Source of the DNA: Enoplolaimus lenunculus
Lineage: Eukaryota
Assembly (NCBI GenBank): GCA_030248215.1
Contig: JASANG010001402.1
Span: 496,001 to 560,000 of the forward strand
DNA: 64,000 nucleotides
Direction of reading: 5' to 3'
Position numbers and translations under genes: made by a program. The notes below the pieces were generated by a model. The model was not told the origin of the DNA. It searched no databases and saw only the letters and a program-made list of their open reading frames with translations. Shown in pieces: positions 1 through 12,919 of the stretch. Each line of letters begins with the position of its first letter. Within the stretch, counting starts at the first letter, position 1.

Positions 1-570
1 GTCGGATAAAAGTTATTATGGCGGAGGAAAATTTTTTCAGTATTTTGAATATTTAGTATTACGAAATAAATCAACATTAGGTTTTAAAGTTAGAAATCTA
101 ATCATTTGATGCTTTGATGCGTTTTGTTGCCAATGTGTTCTTACTTTGTTTGGTTTAAATATGAATTATGCTAATTATATATCATGGGTTAAAATAAACT
201 GACAGTAGCAAAAAAAAATGACTCTATTATTTCAAGTTTAGAAATTTTTCTGATATTATATTAAGAAAATATTTTTTTAAATTCACGACAATATGTCTTA
301 ATCTAGGCTACAGACACATATATGTCTTGGACACAAGACATTTAGTTTCTGACAATTTTCCAAAAACCTATGTCCGAAATTTTTAACATTTAAAAGTCTT
401 GAGTGTTTCATAAACGATTAAAGACAAATATGTCTGATTTAAAAGATACGTCCAAGACGTGAACTTAGATTCGGAGGAGCCTGAGAGCTCGACCCGAAAT
501 ATCTTTGAAATTCAATTATTTATATACTCTCAAGAATATAAACGGAGCAACTTTTTACATATACATAAAC

Positions 571-953
571 CAGAGTGCAACCGGAGACCAAAAATACCGA
601 AGCTGTAGCCGGAATCAGAGGTCAACGAAACTTGCCGGAGCCGGAGGTGAGGCGAAATTAGGTTGTAAAAATGATGATCAATTAGTTAATTTTAGCCAAT
701 ATCTGAAATATGTTGTTAAGTTGTTTGCTTTTACGCTAATTTCATGGCGAAATTTCGGAAATTCTGTCCTTAAAATTGTGCAAAAGTAAAACGAAAGACG
801 CTAAACAGATAAATTTTGCTAAATTAATATGCGAAATTTTGCTACCGAAATTGCCGGAACCTCCGGCAAAAATTCTACCAGAGTTGGAGCCGGAGCCGGA
901 GGCCGATTTTTTTCAGAAGCCGAAGCCGGAGGCAGACCTCCGGTTGTACCCTG
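571..953. mobile_element. hAT-like MITE, subfamily A
   Basis: TIRs CAGAGTGCAACCGG...CCGGTTGTACCCTG; perfect 8-bp TSD ACATAAAC. Confidence 0.85.
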
Positions 954-2128
954 ACATAAACATAAGAAAATAAATTCTTGAATATAAAGACAACTATATC
1001 TTAAAGGAAAGAAATTTGTTTCTTATGGTTATCATATAAAGCCACACTTTAAACAACTTATTGCTATGGTCGTGGTTGCTCGAAATGTTACTAGATTATG
1101 AGTTTTCAACTCTGATTTTGTTACATAGATGAACTCGATTTGGAAGCTGAGGTATTTCGAGAACTCCAACATTAATTTTTCTTAAAAGTTAAAAATCGAC
1201 CTTATGGTTTAGAGGATGACTATCACAAAGCTATTGCTAAGGGAGCACGATCGTTACATACGGATTGAGGTTTAGAGTACAGGCCACTACCAGTATTATT
1301 TTAATGACAGCAATGTGAGGTCACATAATAGTATAACGAATTTGAAAATTGTCTATAAATCAAGTGACGTACTTTATACAAAATTGATTGCCATTTTTGC
1401 TTTTAATGTGGCAGTCGAAGTGTGCATGTTGGGCTCTATTGATTTATTATATAATGTAATGGCTTACTCTTAGTGACGGGATTTTATCTTCGATTTTTAT
1501 CTTTAAGCCAACTATTTGTTTTTGAAATCAAGACAGTGTTTTTCAGAACGAATTTTTCCAGCCAGATTTTTAGGTTCACAGACAAGGCTGTAATGTAAAA
1601 CCGTAGGACGGATAACTTGAAGGGCAGGTTTGAGGGATTGGAGGTGATTTATATATTATTTTCATATGAAGCTGGTTTTGATCAAGGAAAGGTAGCAAAA
1701 AGAAGCTGCTGATTGTTGACGCAAATTAGGGACTTTTTTAGTCAGCTGAACTTTGATATAAAACGGTCTGTTTTGTATGGTTTGTAGTACTTACGAGGTT
1801 ACTACCATGTATTTTCCAATTTTGTCGACATAATATAGGATCAGATAAAGAATTAACGAAATACGGTGAGATGCGTGAACAGAGGAATGGCGTAGCTAGT
1901 GAAGCGGCCACAAATACAGAAATTTTGTAAGTAAACTAAAGGTTGCGAGCAATGGACTTCATTTTTCTAGCAAAAGTAATTTATTTCCGGGGCGCGAATA
2001 CAACAGAGAACAAACGAATGCCTGCTTCAACATGTGATAATAGTAGACAGTGGTTTCAGTTCTATTTCACGCTTTATAATTATTAAACGTTATCATCGTT
2101 GATTTGGGTTAAAAATCATTTGCCAGCA

Positions 2129-5100
2129 ATGGCAGAAAGCTCCCAGTCATCGCGCTCGTCTCGTAGGCGGTCCGCTCGACTAGTTGAAGAAACCAGAGCT
2201 TCAAAGCGAAGTTTGTTGTCCCTCGGCGGTGGCGGTGGCTCAGACAAATCTCGAGATAATGGGTCTGCAGATGCGAAAAGTTGCGAGTATTGCGCCAAAC
2301 TTGATCCTGTATGCTTTTGCGCAGTCAGCGACAAGTTAGTTGCTGTCGGTATTATTAAATTGTTAGGTTAGTTAATCACTGATTTCACTCAAGTATTCGT
2401 TACCGGATCTCAAACTTTCCTAAAATTTTTGTCCGTCAAATATATAGCCGTACCCTGTAAATAAGACTTAAAATTTAGTCATCTTTTAATTTTAGATGTG
2501 TCAACGTTGAAGGTAGCACATCGCGATGGTTTCATATATCGAGCGGCGAACATTACTGTCACTGTTGTCATTTGTTTTATCATAGAAAGTAAGAGTTAAA
2601 GCTGTTGTGACAGCTGAAATTTGACAAGAAATTGTCTACGATTACCAGTTTTATATACCGAGTTTAGTTCTTTAGAGAGCTGTGTTATGGTTTGCCGATG
2701 TAACGAGCAGATTTTTCCTCGTCAGTTTTTTCCATGTTCATGTAGACAATATCGTAGGTGTAAAATCAAAAATGTAGTAATGTGACATATATTCTCATCA
2801 TGTCGAATATTTTGCAAGCGGGGAATGTTTTCAGGGAGAAGGATTTGACGGGGAAATTGTATGTTACTCCGGGTTGTATGATAATTAATAACACTGTAAA
2901 ACTTAGTTTAAAAGTTTATAGCGAGATCCTATTAGCGAGATCCTATGCTTTTGTAATATTTAACTGTGGACGTCTATCTCGTTTCGTGTTAGCATCTGGC
3001 ATGCACTTGTTCTGCTAATATGGTATAAACTTACAAGATGATCAAACAAATTTTGTTGTGCGCATTTATTTTTTCCAAGGACAAACGTACAATAATTTGG
3101 AATCTGCCAGTATTTATTAGATGTTTTGTAGACTTAAGTAGTTAACGTTATAGAGACGACTATCAAACGTGGAAACTTGAATGGATGAAACAAACAAAAG
3201 CTGAACCAACGGTCCGACTTTTCATGGCAGATCAGATCTTGCCTTGGTGGTTAAAATGTATCGATTGCGGCAAATGGAGGCAAGTCGGCGATGAGCAAGA
3301 TGTTACTGCGGAGTTTATACGTTCGTTTACATGTAGCCAAGCAACAGATGGAGCATCGCCTCAAAAAGTATGTTGGTGCTCTTGTGTTTGTTGTGTGGCT
3401 GTTCTATTTCAAATCTGGAAGGTGGTGGTGAGTGATATCTTTATGCTCGCAATCATATTCGTTTTTCGTTCAAGGAATGTTCATGTTCATGTATGTAATG
3501 AGAATTTTAACTAATGTGTTTGGTTACTCAAGTACGTAAGTAAAAGATGTATAGTTTCCAGTTCCAGCTGGCGTTTGGTATATCTTGGTTTCCATGTGTA
3601 AAATATATTTCAGAAAAGTGCATGCACTAAAGCTGAAGATAAGGTGAGTAATTAAAAAATATGTAACGTATTCAATCTTTGTTATGATTCCATTCATGTA
3701 CTGTTTGAGCGTGAGACCATTGTGCGTTTTCACAAATGCGAAATTCAGGTAGCACTGCAAGAAGAAATTTGGAATGTTAGTAGTATGATTTTGTTTAGGA
3801 ATGTGAAGTATATAGGAATAGAAATTCCCAAATTAACAATGTATTGTGTTAATAGCAGGGTTCCTCCGCCCGCATTCCTGCAGATATTTAATTTGTTCTC
3901 CTGCGCTCAAAGATGCAGGAACCGGAAATTTTACAGTTTTGTGGCAAATTAATCATAATTGTCTGTCTAAATAGTGGCAGCTTTGTCTTTAAAAGTTGTT
4001 TATTTCCAAAAGTGATATTAATAAAAATCTGATGTAATTTCGCAAAACTTTGTGTGGAAATAGCTGAAAATTTCTTAAGCCATTCGTTGGTTAGTTTCTA
4101 AATGTCCAACAATAATTCGGTCATGAAAATTATTTCAAATTCCGGTTCCTGTTTTGGTTTTTGCAAAAAATTCAATTTCTGCTCCTGTTCCGGTAAAACT
4201 TAGTTCCTGTTGGAATGCGGGTTAATACTACGTATATTTGTTTAGCTAAACAAGCTTTGGTAAACTGTAGTTTCTGGAAATGGTTGTTCTTTTATTGTGA
4301 GGAAAAAATGCTGCATAATGTAATAATAAGGTTTTTTTAAAACTACATAGTGCTGTATACAGTAATGAGAATCTTTATCTATTATTTGTTATTTAGCGGG
4401 TCGCTGCGGCCCTTGAACCTCGTTGGATCGAAAGTTTGACACTGCCGTCGCTTATTAAATATTCGCCTGCAAGACGTTATCTTCAAGATTATTTTTGGGA
4501 AGGAGTTGGGATTAGTCCAACCGCTGTCAATACAGACTCGCTGACCGATGGTAAGGATTTGCGAAAAGTTCAAAATTTGAAAGAATGATTATTGTGTGCT
4601 GTTTTTTAAATTTTTCGCTGGCTAGTAGCTGGTACTTGCGAATACCATTTAATAGTTGGGGTATTTCAATAATTAGCCTGTTTGGTAGCATCCGTAACAT
4701 TGTTTGCTAGTGGTGGTACGGTTTCGATCTGAAATCGTCGTATTTTTTGTAAAAATGTTGTTTACCGCTGCTTCATAGTTTTTTCTCCTCTGTTGCGGGT
4801 GCGGCATGTGATTGCAACGAACAGCTTTGATGTTCAGAATTATTTGTAATTTTTAGACTGTGATTACCTTTTGTTTAAATAGATGATGCTGTGTATCGCG
4901 CGAATTTGCAACCGTTTCACACACCGTATGATCAAGCACGGGCGCTATCACTGAGGCCAGACGTCATGGAGTATGACGAACTACTAGAATTTCCGGAATA
5001 CGCAAGGTTTGTTTGGTATGAATATTGCCTGGAGGAACTTTTGTTAGGAGTTGCACAGTCTGCAGAGTCTTATTTTGTCTGTGCTTCGTTTTGTTAATTT

Positions 5101-8100
5101 GTCTGCTCACTAACTTCACAAACTTTCAACATTGTCTATTTAGATTATGCATATTACCACGGGGCTGGAATTATATTGTGTTACGCTGGTTGTACTGATT
5201 ACGTTTGATTCTAGAGAGCAAGTGATGTATTTGGGATTACGAAATTTAGTTGTAGCGTTGTGGAACTTAAAGCCAATGGTAAGTGTTTAATAGTTATGCA
5301 ACATGCAAATTCTAGCGGGTGTATCGTAGGCCAATGTGTATTCAGACCAATTACTGTTTGGCTTAGGCCAATTTGCTATTTTATGTTATCGTAGTTTGGC
5401 TTAAGCTAAACTGCTATCGAACTTATAGACAATCAGATTTGATTAATTGGTCCATCTCAAATAGAGATGGATACGTGCAAAGCTATTCGCTGTGTCCCGG
5501 TTTAATGAGGGTCTTCAAATAATTGGAAACTCGCACCTGGGAAAATTTTTGACTATGCGATATTCGCCGATACAATAGCATTGTTAAGCGAAGCTCGGAG
5601 TTTCACAAAGTGTTTTATGTTTTGTACTCTGTGGTCGAAAGGTGAATGTCCGTCCGTCCGTCTGTAAGTCCGAAAAGAATCTCAGGAATGGCTAAACCGA
5701 TTTTGATAAACGTTTTTTGTTTGAAAGCAAATTATCCTGGAGTGGGGTTTTAATATTTTAAGCCGTTTATTAGCTACAGGCTAATTTGTATAATTAGTTA
5801 AGCCTAAATTAGGACTTTCTACATTATTTCACTAATTATTACAGTTACAAGCAATCTAATTTCAGCATTAAAGGGTTTTTAGGTGCGAGGAATTTGAATA
5901 AATTGTTTATAAATCTCCAAAACCGGAATTGAATAGTTAGTTAATAGCTAATTTGCATATTAGCTTAATTGACAAGACAAAATTAGGACTTTTTAAATTA
6001 TTTCTATTATTATTGGGTGACTGATGGGTTTGTGGGTGCGAGGAATCTGAATAAATTGTTTACAAATCTCCAAAACCGATAAATGAATAACTAATTTGCG
6101 TATTACTTAATTGCATACGTGTGTTCGAGCTTCGCTCAGTAAATGTAGTCCCACTACGACAGGAGTTTGTTGTTTTACAGGGTTGGCTGACGCTAGATAA
6201 ATGTGCTCCCCACGTTATGTGCCGCGGTTTGTCTCGTATTCGATGTATTCGCGAAGTCGACCGCTTACTGGTGTTTTTGACTCAAAAAGGAATCATTAAC
6301 TATGGGATTTTGCCGAAACCTGAAGCGCCTATTCCGTTACGAGCGTCTGTAAAAGAGGTACACGCATTTAGCAGTTGGCCCTTTTTGCGATCCAGAAATA
6401 CAGTTCCTTGATATTATCAGGATTATAAAAGCTGAACGTTTTATGTTTCCGCTTTGGGATAAGGTACGATATAGAATAGAGTATAGTTTTAAACGGAGAG
6501 AGTACGAGTTGAATCCAGTTGCTGTTTAAGATATTATTAGCAGAAAGTTGTGTTTATGATGGCATCAAGCCTAGCCTACCTTCGCAAACAACCATTTATT
6601 TGTTGATTGAATAAACGTAAAGGTTTCTTTTTTATTGTAGAAAAAGTATTTGATTATTGGCGCTGGAATGTCTGGGTTAGCTGCTGCGCGTCAGTTGCAA
6701 AATTTCGGATGCCAAGTACGTTAAGGTTATCATGTGTACGGATTAATACATTGCTATTTGATAATTAATACTGAAACGTAGTATAGTTTAAGAGTAGTCG
6801 GATAGAAATCTAAATGCCGCCTAGTAGCCAAATTGTGTCAAGCCTGACTTGTAATAACAATGAGTTGAACTTGTTATGGTGCATGAAATATTTCGCTCGA
6901 GTAAGGGTGAGAAATTACAAGAAGGCTTGTACCAACTGGATTTATTTGAAGTTACGATACAAAATTTTCAACACCTGGGCCGTCGTTCAATCGTCCAAAT
7001 GTTTCAAGACATATTATGCATTTTATGGTAGGTACACGTAGTTGAGGGTACCGTTTATATTGTGTTAGATATTGGCGTGCTAGGGCTCAACCCCTATTGG
7101 TCCGATTTCAGGTTACTGTGCTCGAAGCTCGAAATCGTCTCGGCGGACGTATTTGGGACTCTGCGCAGTTGGGCGTTGTAGTTGGACTTGGTGCCCATTT
7201 AGTTACAGGTCTCATTAACAACCCGATTAGTTTGATGTGTTTACAGGTAGGATTTTATTGTGGTTTGGATGAAATTAATCTGTTCTGAGCATTTTTCAGT
7301 CACTTTGCTAGTTGGCTAACGAGTGGTTAATAGCGAAAAATCTCGTGGTTTTCCGTTTGAGGCAAGCAACTTAGCCTATTTTGTCGAGAGACTTCTAATA
7401 CAGCCTAAGCGTTTGGATAGGGGAGACTAAGAAATTCAAAAAGCGTCTTCCCTTATATAAGCCTGAGGTTGTTACATTTTCGTTTGTAGGTCATGGTATT
7501 TTGTTTTTATTTTTAAAATTAACGTCTTACATATTTTTTCTAGAATGGAATTGAACTCCATGAGCTCAAAGAAGAATGTCGGTTGTTCTGCGGAGACGGC
7601 GCTCCTGTCAATGTAGTGTCTGACAAGAGAGTTGATTTTCATTTCAATGCGTTACTGGATGCAGGGAACGAATGGCGACGTAGCAAGGAACGCGATAGCC
7701 CATTAGGAGGTAGGTCTAGGTATGTTTTGGGGCTTTATGGTATGACGGATTTGAATGTGACTGAGAAAATACTTGATATGTTATTGAAGAATCGTTTGGT
7801 TGCGATACATATCGGAATAACAAAATGGTATGTTTTAGATAAATTGCACGAGATGCACGAAGCGTTCGCTGAACAAACAGGAATGAAGTTATCCGAAGTA
7901 ATTATTTTGTTTTGCCCTACATTGTTGTATGATGTAATTGCTTGCAAGTGTGAAAGTGTAACCCTCATCATTTTCAGTTTTTCTTAAGCATGATATGCTA
8001 ATGTAAGTGCTGTGGGTATCAAGGTATTTTAAGAGTATAGTTTTACCATAATTTAAACTATATTAATAATGCTTGAGTGCCCACGATATATAATTTTGAC

Positions 8101-11100
8101 ATCGTTCTAGTTATGTTTTGTGCATATAATTTCGCATGAACAAGGCATTACAGAAGTTAATTTACAGTGTTAATGAACATTGCTGTATATCATGGCTTTG
8201 CTAACAAACGACCTTTGCTAGCGAATATTTTTGGATTGAAGAACGTAGAATTTATATAAGTTGAAGATAATATTGTTATTTTAGGCAGAAGAACGGCTGT
8301 TAAGCTTTCACAAAAGTAACCTAGAATACTCATGCGGTGCCCCACTAAGTGATGTGTCGGCGTTGAATTGGGATCAAAACGAAAATTTTTCCCAGTTCAC
8401 AGGTTCTCATGCGTTAATGGTCAGGGGATACTACAGGTTGATTGAACGCTTAGCGGATGATGTACAAATTGAACTTAATACTCAAGTAAGTTGTAGAGTA
8501 TTTTGATTAGTTTAGGAAATAGAAAGTTTTAACCCAGTTAGGGTAGCACGCCCTGCGGTATTGTACGTTGGTAATTAATTTGCGTACCATACTGCACGGT
8601 GACGCACTACAGTGGACTGCGATGTACTACGACGGATGGTATGGTGCCGGATGATAAGAAACATTTTAGAAAGTATACCGCCATCTTTCGGCTTTGCAGA
8701 GGCCACTTATCGAGCCCGTTGCTAACTCCCTAATCAGTTGTATGCCTATTATCATGTGGTACATGATTCTAAATTTTTGTACAATAATTTTAGTATGTTT
8801 GCAAGACGTTTGTGAATTAATGTGATTTTGCTGCAGTTCTAAGTAATTCTGTTTACGTTGTTCTCCCGTCTTGTTAGAATATCTTTGATTATGTACCGAT
8901 GGTGGCAGTGCTGTTGTATGTAGTTTTTTATTTACTTGTTTTCTAACACTTTTAAGGTTAATAAAATCAAGTACAACAGTGAAATGATTGAAGTCGAAAC
9001 AAACGCTGGAAGCTTTACAGCGCATAAGGTAAGTTTGCGATGTTATTGATTTTAGTATCAGAATGTGTTGTTTGGCGACAGGATTGATTCTTACAACCTC
9101 AGCTCGCTTATGTTATCTCGAAAGACTAAAAAAAAAATTTAGTTTTGATTTTCTTCGTTTAATTTAAGTTATGCGAATTTGTATTTTGTTAATTCTTATC
9201 TTGGTCTGAGTGATTATGGTGTATGTTTTTTGTTGATGAATAGAACGAGCTTAAATGAAACTGGGTACTGCAGTTTCTGTTGCAACGGGGCTGTGTTTTT
9301 TCTTCAGTTATTCTGTATTACAAAATGAAAAGTGGTGTTTTTAGGTTTTGATTACAGTACCTCTTGCGGTCTTACAAAAGCGTCTGATTACGTTTGAACC
9401 GGAATTGCCAGATCGTAAACAACGCAGCATCGATCGTCTTGGTGCTGGATTAATTGAAAAGGTACTTTAGTCTCACTATTTCTTCCTGTTTTGAAGAGAA
9501 GTTTAGAACCTGTTATTCAAAAGGAAAGCATTCAGGGAATTTTAACAATTTATACCAGAAAGTTGGAGGTAAAAACAAAAATTGCATTTTTGTGGCTGTG
9601 CGGGTTTATCCATGTCTCCCTGTCAGGAATTAGTACGTGTAAAAATAGTCGAACGGGGAGGAAAACTGATATATACGGCTTAACACCTGGAAAAAAATTT
9701 TAAATGCAAAGAATGTGGGTCAGCACGCCGGTTAGTACCTCGTTTGAAAAGTGTACGCAAGTGAAAAAGAAATTTGTAAAAAAGCTTTATTCACTTTGTT
9801 TGTTTGCTGCTTGAAAGTTTGTGCTATTTAAATGTTACGGCTATGTTAATGCTATTTGGACTCCTTTTAGGTTGCTGTACGATTTGCGACAAAATTTTGG
9901 TCGGAAAAAATTCGAGGCGCAGATTATTTTGGTCACGTGCCCAAAGATGATGCGAGTCGTGGCTATTTCAGTATTTTTTATGATTTGTCTAAGGTAAGTA
10001 CTAATTGTTTGGCTTTCTTTTTTACGAATTGTGCGTAAGAAGTTTTTTGGCTTTCAATGCAATAAATTGTTAAGGTTGCGTTTTCACATTTTCACGAAAC
10101 ACCAAGTAGGAGTCGGCGTAGGTGTAAATGTGTTCCCTCCATAATGTGTTTTAGAATCATGGAATGGAACCGGCACGCTAAACAATTTCATATGCTAACC
10201 AAATACAGCTGCAAAATAATTATTCAAACAAGCAAGCATTGAACATCGTCGAAATCATTCATCAATATATTTTTATGCTGTTTTAATTTTAGTATGATGA
10301 TTCAAGCAATTATGTGTTAATGTCTTACGTGTCAGGCGAGGCAGCACGAAAAGCCGCGTCTATGACTGAACAACAGCTTATTGACGTGTTTGTCAATACG
10401 CTCGCGTCGCTTTTTCCTGAAGTTGTATGTCTGTGTTTGTTTGTTGCTGGTTTGTAGTTAGTCTGTGATCGGTAAGTCGAGGATAGTATGTAGTTCCTCT
10501 TACTCAGGCTTCATTTTTGTCAAATGCTGTTGTACTACATTTGTTTGTATCTGCACGTTACTGTGTATTTTATATGTTGTGTGTGGCTTGAAAATCAAAT
10601 TAATATTTGAAATAATTATTAACCGAACTTTATTTTGTTACAGGATATTCCACCGCCACTTGACCACATTGTAACACGCTGGGCGTCGGATCCGTATGCC
10701 GGGATGAGCTATAGTTACGTCAGGGTTGGCGCAACTGGTAATGACTACGATTGCGTCAGTGAAGCGATCGATGGTAAACTTTATTTTGCAGGAGAGGTAA
10801 GTGAATCTGTGTTAAGGTTTACGATTTAAAGACGTTTTCCCTCTCGAAAGGGTAATTAGAACTTTTGGCATGGCATGAGTGAACGAGAGCAGGTGTATCA
10901 GATATCCATTTCCGGTTAGTGCCATTGTCTGTTTCCGTTATAGAAATAACGGGAATTCTGTTATTTTACGTTCAAAACCCGGTGAATAGTTGGGCGCATC
11001 AATTTGTGTTGGCCGAAAAACAAAACGTTTTTGAAACTTATCATGGTGTAACCAGATATTCGGTGTCAAAATTCGTTTTCCGTTCTTGTTATTTCGATTG

Positions 11101-11670
11101 CTATCCATTTGATTTATTTTGATTAGTATCCGTTTCCGTTATTTTTACTATCCGTTTACGATGGATAAGAGTATTTTTAATACAATATTTTAAAATTTGT
11201 AGAAATTGAAATGTGCGCACAAAATTTTTGGTGCCCACGCAACTGGAAAAAATATGACCATTTGAGCATAACGTAAATCACAAGATATTGTGTATTGTTG
11301 TAATATCCCTTGAAGCCAGGGTGTAATCAAATATCATTTTCTGGTTAAAATCGGTGTGTTTTTTATGGAAACACCGGAAATCGGTAATTTTATGCTGATA
11401 GCAATTTTGAGTTGAAACAAAAGTGACAAAATTCACCAAAAATCTTAACAACTTATTGTTAAGTATAAGCTAATTGTTGTGTTAAAATCTTTGAAAGGTC
11501 CGCATTGACGTAAAAATAAAGCCTTATAAATAGAAGATGAATTTCAAGCAATATTATGTTTTCAGGCTACCAACCGGCATTTCCCTCAAACCGTGGCTGG
11601 AGCTTACATAAGTGGGCTGAGGGAAGCTGGCAAAATGTTGACACCATTGCCTGGAGAACTTCAGAATTGA
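2129..11670 (+). CDS. KDM1B: Lysine-specific histone demethylase 1B (LSD2): zinc finger, CW, SWIRM and FAD amine-oxidase domains; 19 coding exons
   Basis: Phase-consistent GT-AG exons: 2129-2334, 2496-2588, 3154-3367, 3614-3643, 4397-4550, 4883-5006, 5215-5278, 6181-6357, 6641-6715, 7112-7246, 7544-7709, 7839-7897, 8285-8485, 8957-9028, 9345-9461, 9871-9993, 10293-10424, 10644-10796, 11566-11670 (TGA). Motifs: [34 protein letters not shown] (CW); [16 protein letters not shown] SWIRM end; [26 protein letters not shown] (FAD binding); [52 protein letters not shown] at 12137. Confidence 0.95.
5581..6150 (+). mobile_element. Helentron/DINE-1-like non-autonomous element in KDM1B intron 7
   Basis: Subterminal inverted repeats AGCGAAGCTCG (5587) and CGAGCTTCGCT (6126), a (GTCC)n/GTCT microsatellite at about 5648-5665, and internal ~150-bp tandem units. 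Homologous to 23700-24470. Confidence 0.55.
10890..11170. repeat. Degenerate DNA-transposon-derived repeat rich in TTTCCGTTAT motifs; further copies at 12230-12490 (inverted) and about 32640-33050
   Basis: The reverse complement of 12230-12490 shares blocks GGTGTA(A/T)C(C)AGATA, AATAACGG(G)AA, TACGTTCAAAA, GTGTTGGC and GTTTCCGTTATTTT(T/C)ACTAT with this segment. Confidence 0.55.
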
Positions 11671-11740
11671 TAATATTCCATGGCGTCTGTTTTTATGTGA
11701 TCAGCTATGTTTGTTGTGTCATTCTTTTACTAATTAATTC

Positions 11741-11890
11741 GGCCAGTCTATAGAACAGGACCCGATCGTTTTCCGGCGGGGCTGTAAGTCAGTTTAAGCT
11801 TTAGGTCACTTTTTTCCTTAGGCTTAGGAATAGACTCATCCTTTCACTTAGTGTTGGTCTTAGACTTAGGTTTCGGCCCTATTCTATATT
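11741..11890. mobile_element. GG-ended MITE, second TIR type (GGCCAnTnTATAGAACAGG), with TTAGGC core, in the KDM1B 3' UTR
   Basis: TATAGAACAGG...CCTATTCTATA inverted ends and internal TTAGGCTTAGG. Related pieces at about 17135-17298, 34681-34782 and 61443-61545. Confidence 0.55.
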
Positions 11891-12693
11891 CATCAAAGAG
11901 GTTAAATACTTTGAAACTAAAAATTGTCACCCGAAAAGTCCTTAAAATTCAGTGAACAAATACCGAATTTCTCTACCTCTCCCGGAATATTCCAGGTGCA
12001 CTCTGAAATTCACTGTTTATGCGAGAATTATTTCGATGATGGTACTAGTTTTGCAGTCTACGCCTATGTTTTATGCTAAGTAAACATTGTTGCGTAACTA
12101 TGCCAAGTTTCTTGCGACATTTAAATCGAGTTGACGAATAAAAATTAAAGCATATAGCTAGTATATACGATACAGATTGGTTGTATTGAACGTTTTCCAT
12201 GGTTTACAGCAGTTGTAAAGTTATAGTGAAAATAACGGAAACTGATAGGGATCAAAATGACGGAAAACGGATATTGAAGTATAAAACTTTCAAAGATGTT
12301 TTATTTTACTGCCAACACCAGGACGTAAACAATTAGCAAAAATAACAACGGCAATGGATAGTGACCAAAATAACGGAAACGGAAGAAACTAATTTTTGAA
12401 CGTATAAAGGTAACAGTTTCCGTTATTGCGATAAGGAAAGTGGACATCGATTTAAACTGGAAACGAAACCGGGTATCTGGTTACACCGTGGTTATATGTC
12501 AAGATTTTAAAGTTTTCACGCTTATACAAAGAATCGTACCGAAAAAAGATGTTTGATGAACCCCTACACGCCTCGCAAAGTGACATTGGCCTAATTGGCT
12601 ATGAAATATTAGACCAGGCTGAGTGATGTTCTGAATTTTAGTTGTTCGGGGTATCGTCGCATATCGGGGCGTGGTATTCGAAATCAATGACCT

Positions 12694-12871
12694 GGCCCAT
12701 GTTACTTTAAGGGGCGTCCAGGTTTCTGTTGGATCTATAAAAGAGTAGGTTTAGATTCTAGATTGCATTTTTTGCTTAGGCTTAGGAACACATTTTTGCA
12801 ACGCGTAGGCTTAGACTTCGGCTTAGGAATACGCTTAATCTACTGTTACGCCCCTTAAAGTAACACTGGCC
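12694..12871. mobile_element. Merlin-like MITE with TTAGGC repeats, immediately upstream of the CCDC137 ATG
   Basis: TIRs GGCCCATGTTACTTTAAGGGGCG...CGCCCCTTAAAGTAACACTGGCC; imperfect 8-bp TSD AATGACCT/AATGTTCT. Confidence 0.8.
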
Positions 12872-12919
12872 AATGTTCTTATGAATGTTCTAGTGAAAAA
12901 TGATTTAATTTATTCTGAA

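Noticed and set aside
505..973. Short ORFs with PEPEPE or RFRFR repeats (also 17150, 26846, 28311, 45384-45714, 57739-58086)
   Set aside because: They are translations of CCGGAG/CCGGAA arrays inside hAT-like MITEs.
10890..12490. Inverted repeat pair flanking the last KDM1B exon as an RNA structure
   Set aside because: The copies are strongly diverged and the second lies beyond the probable poly(A) signal at 12137.
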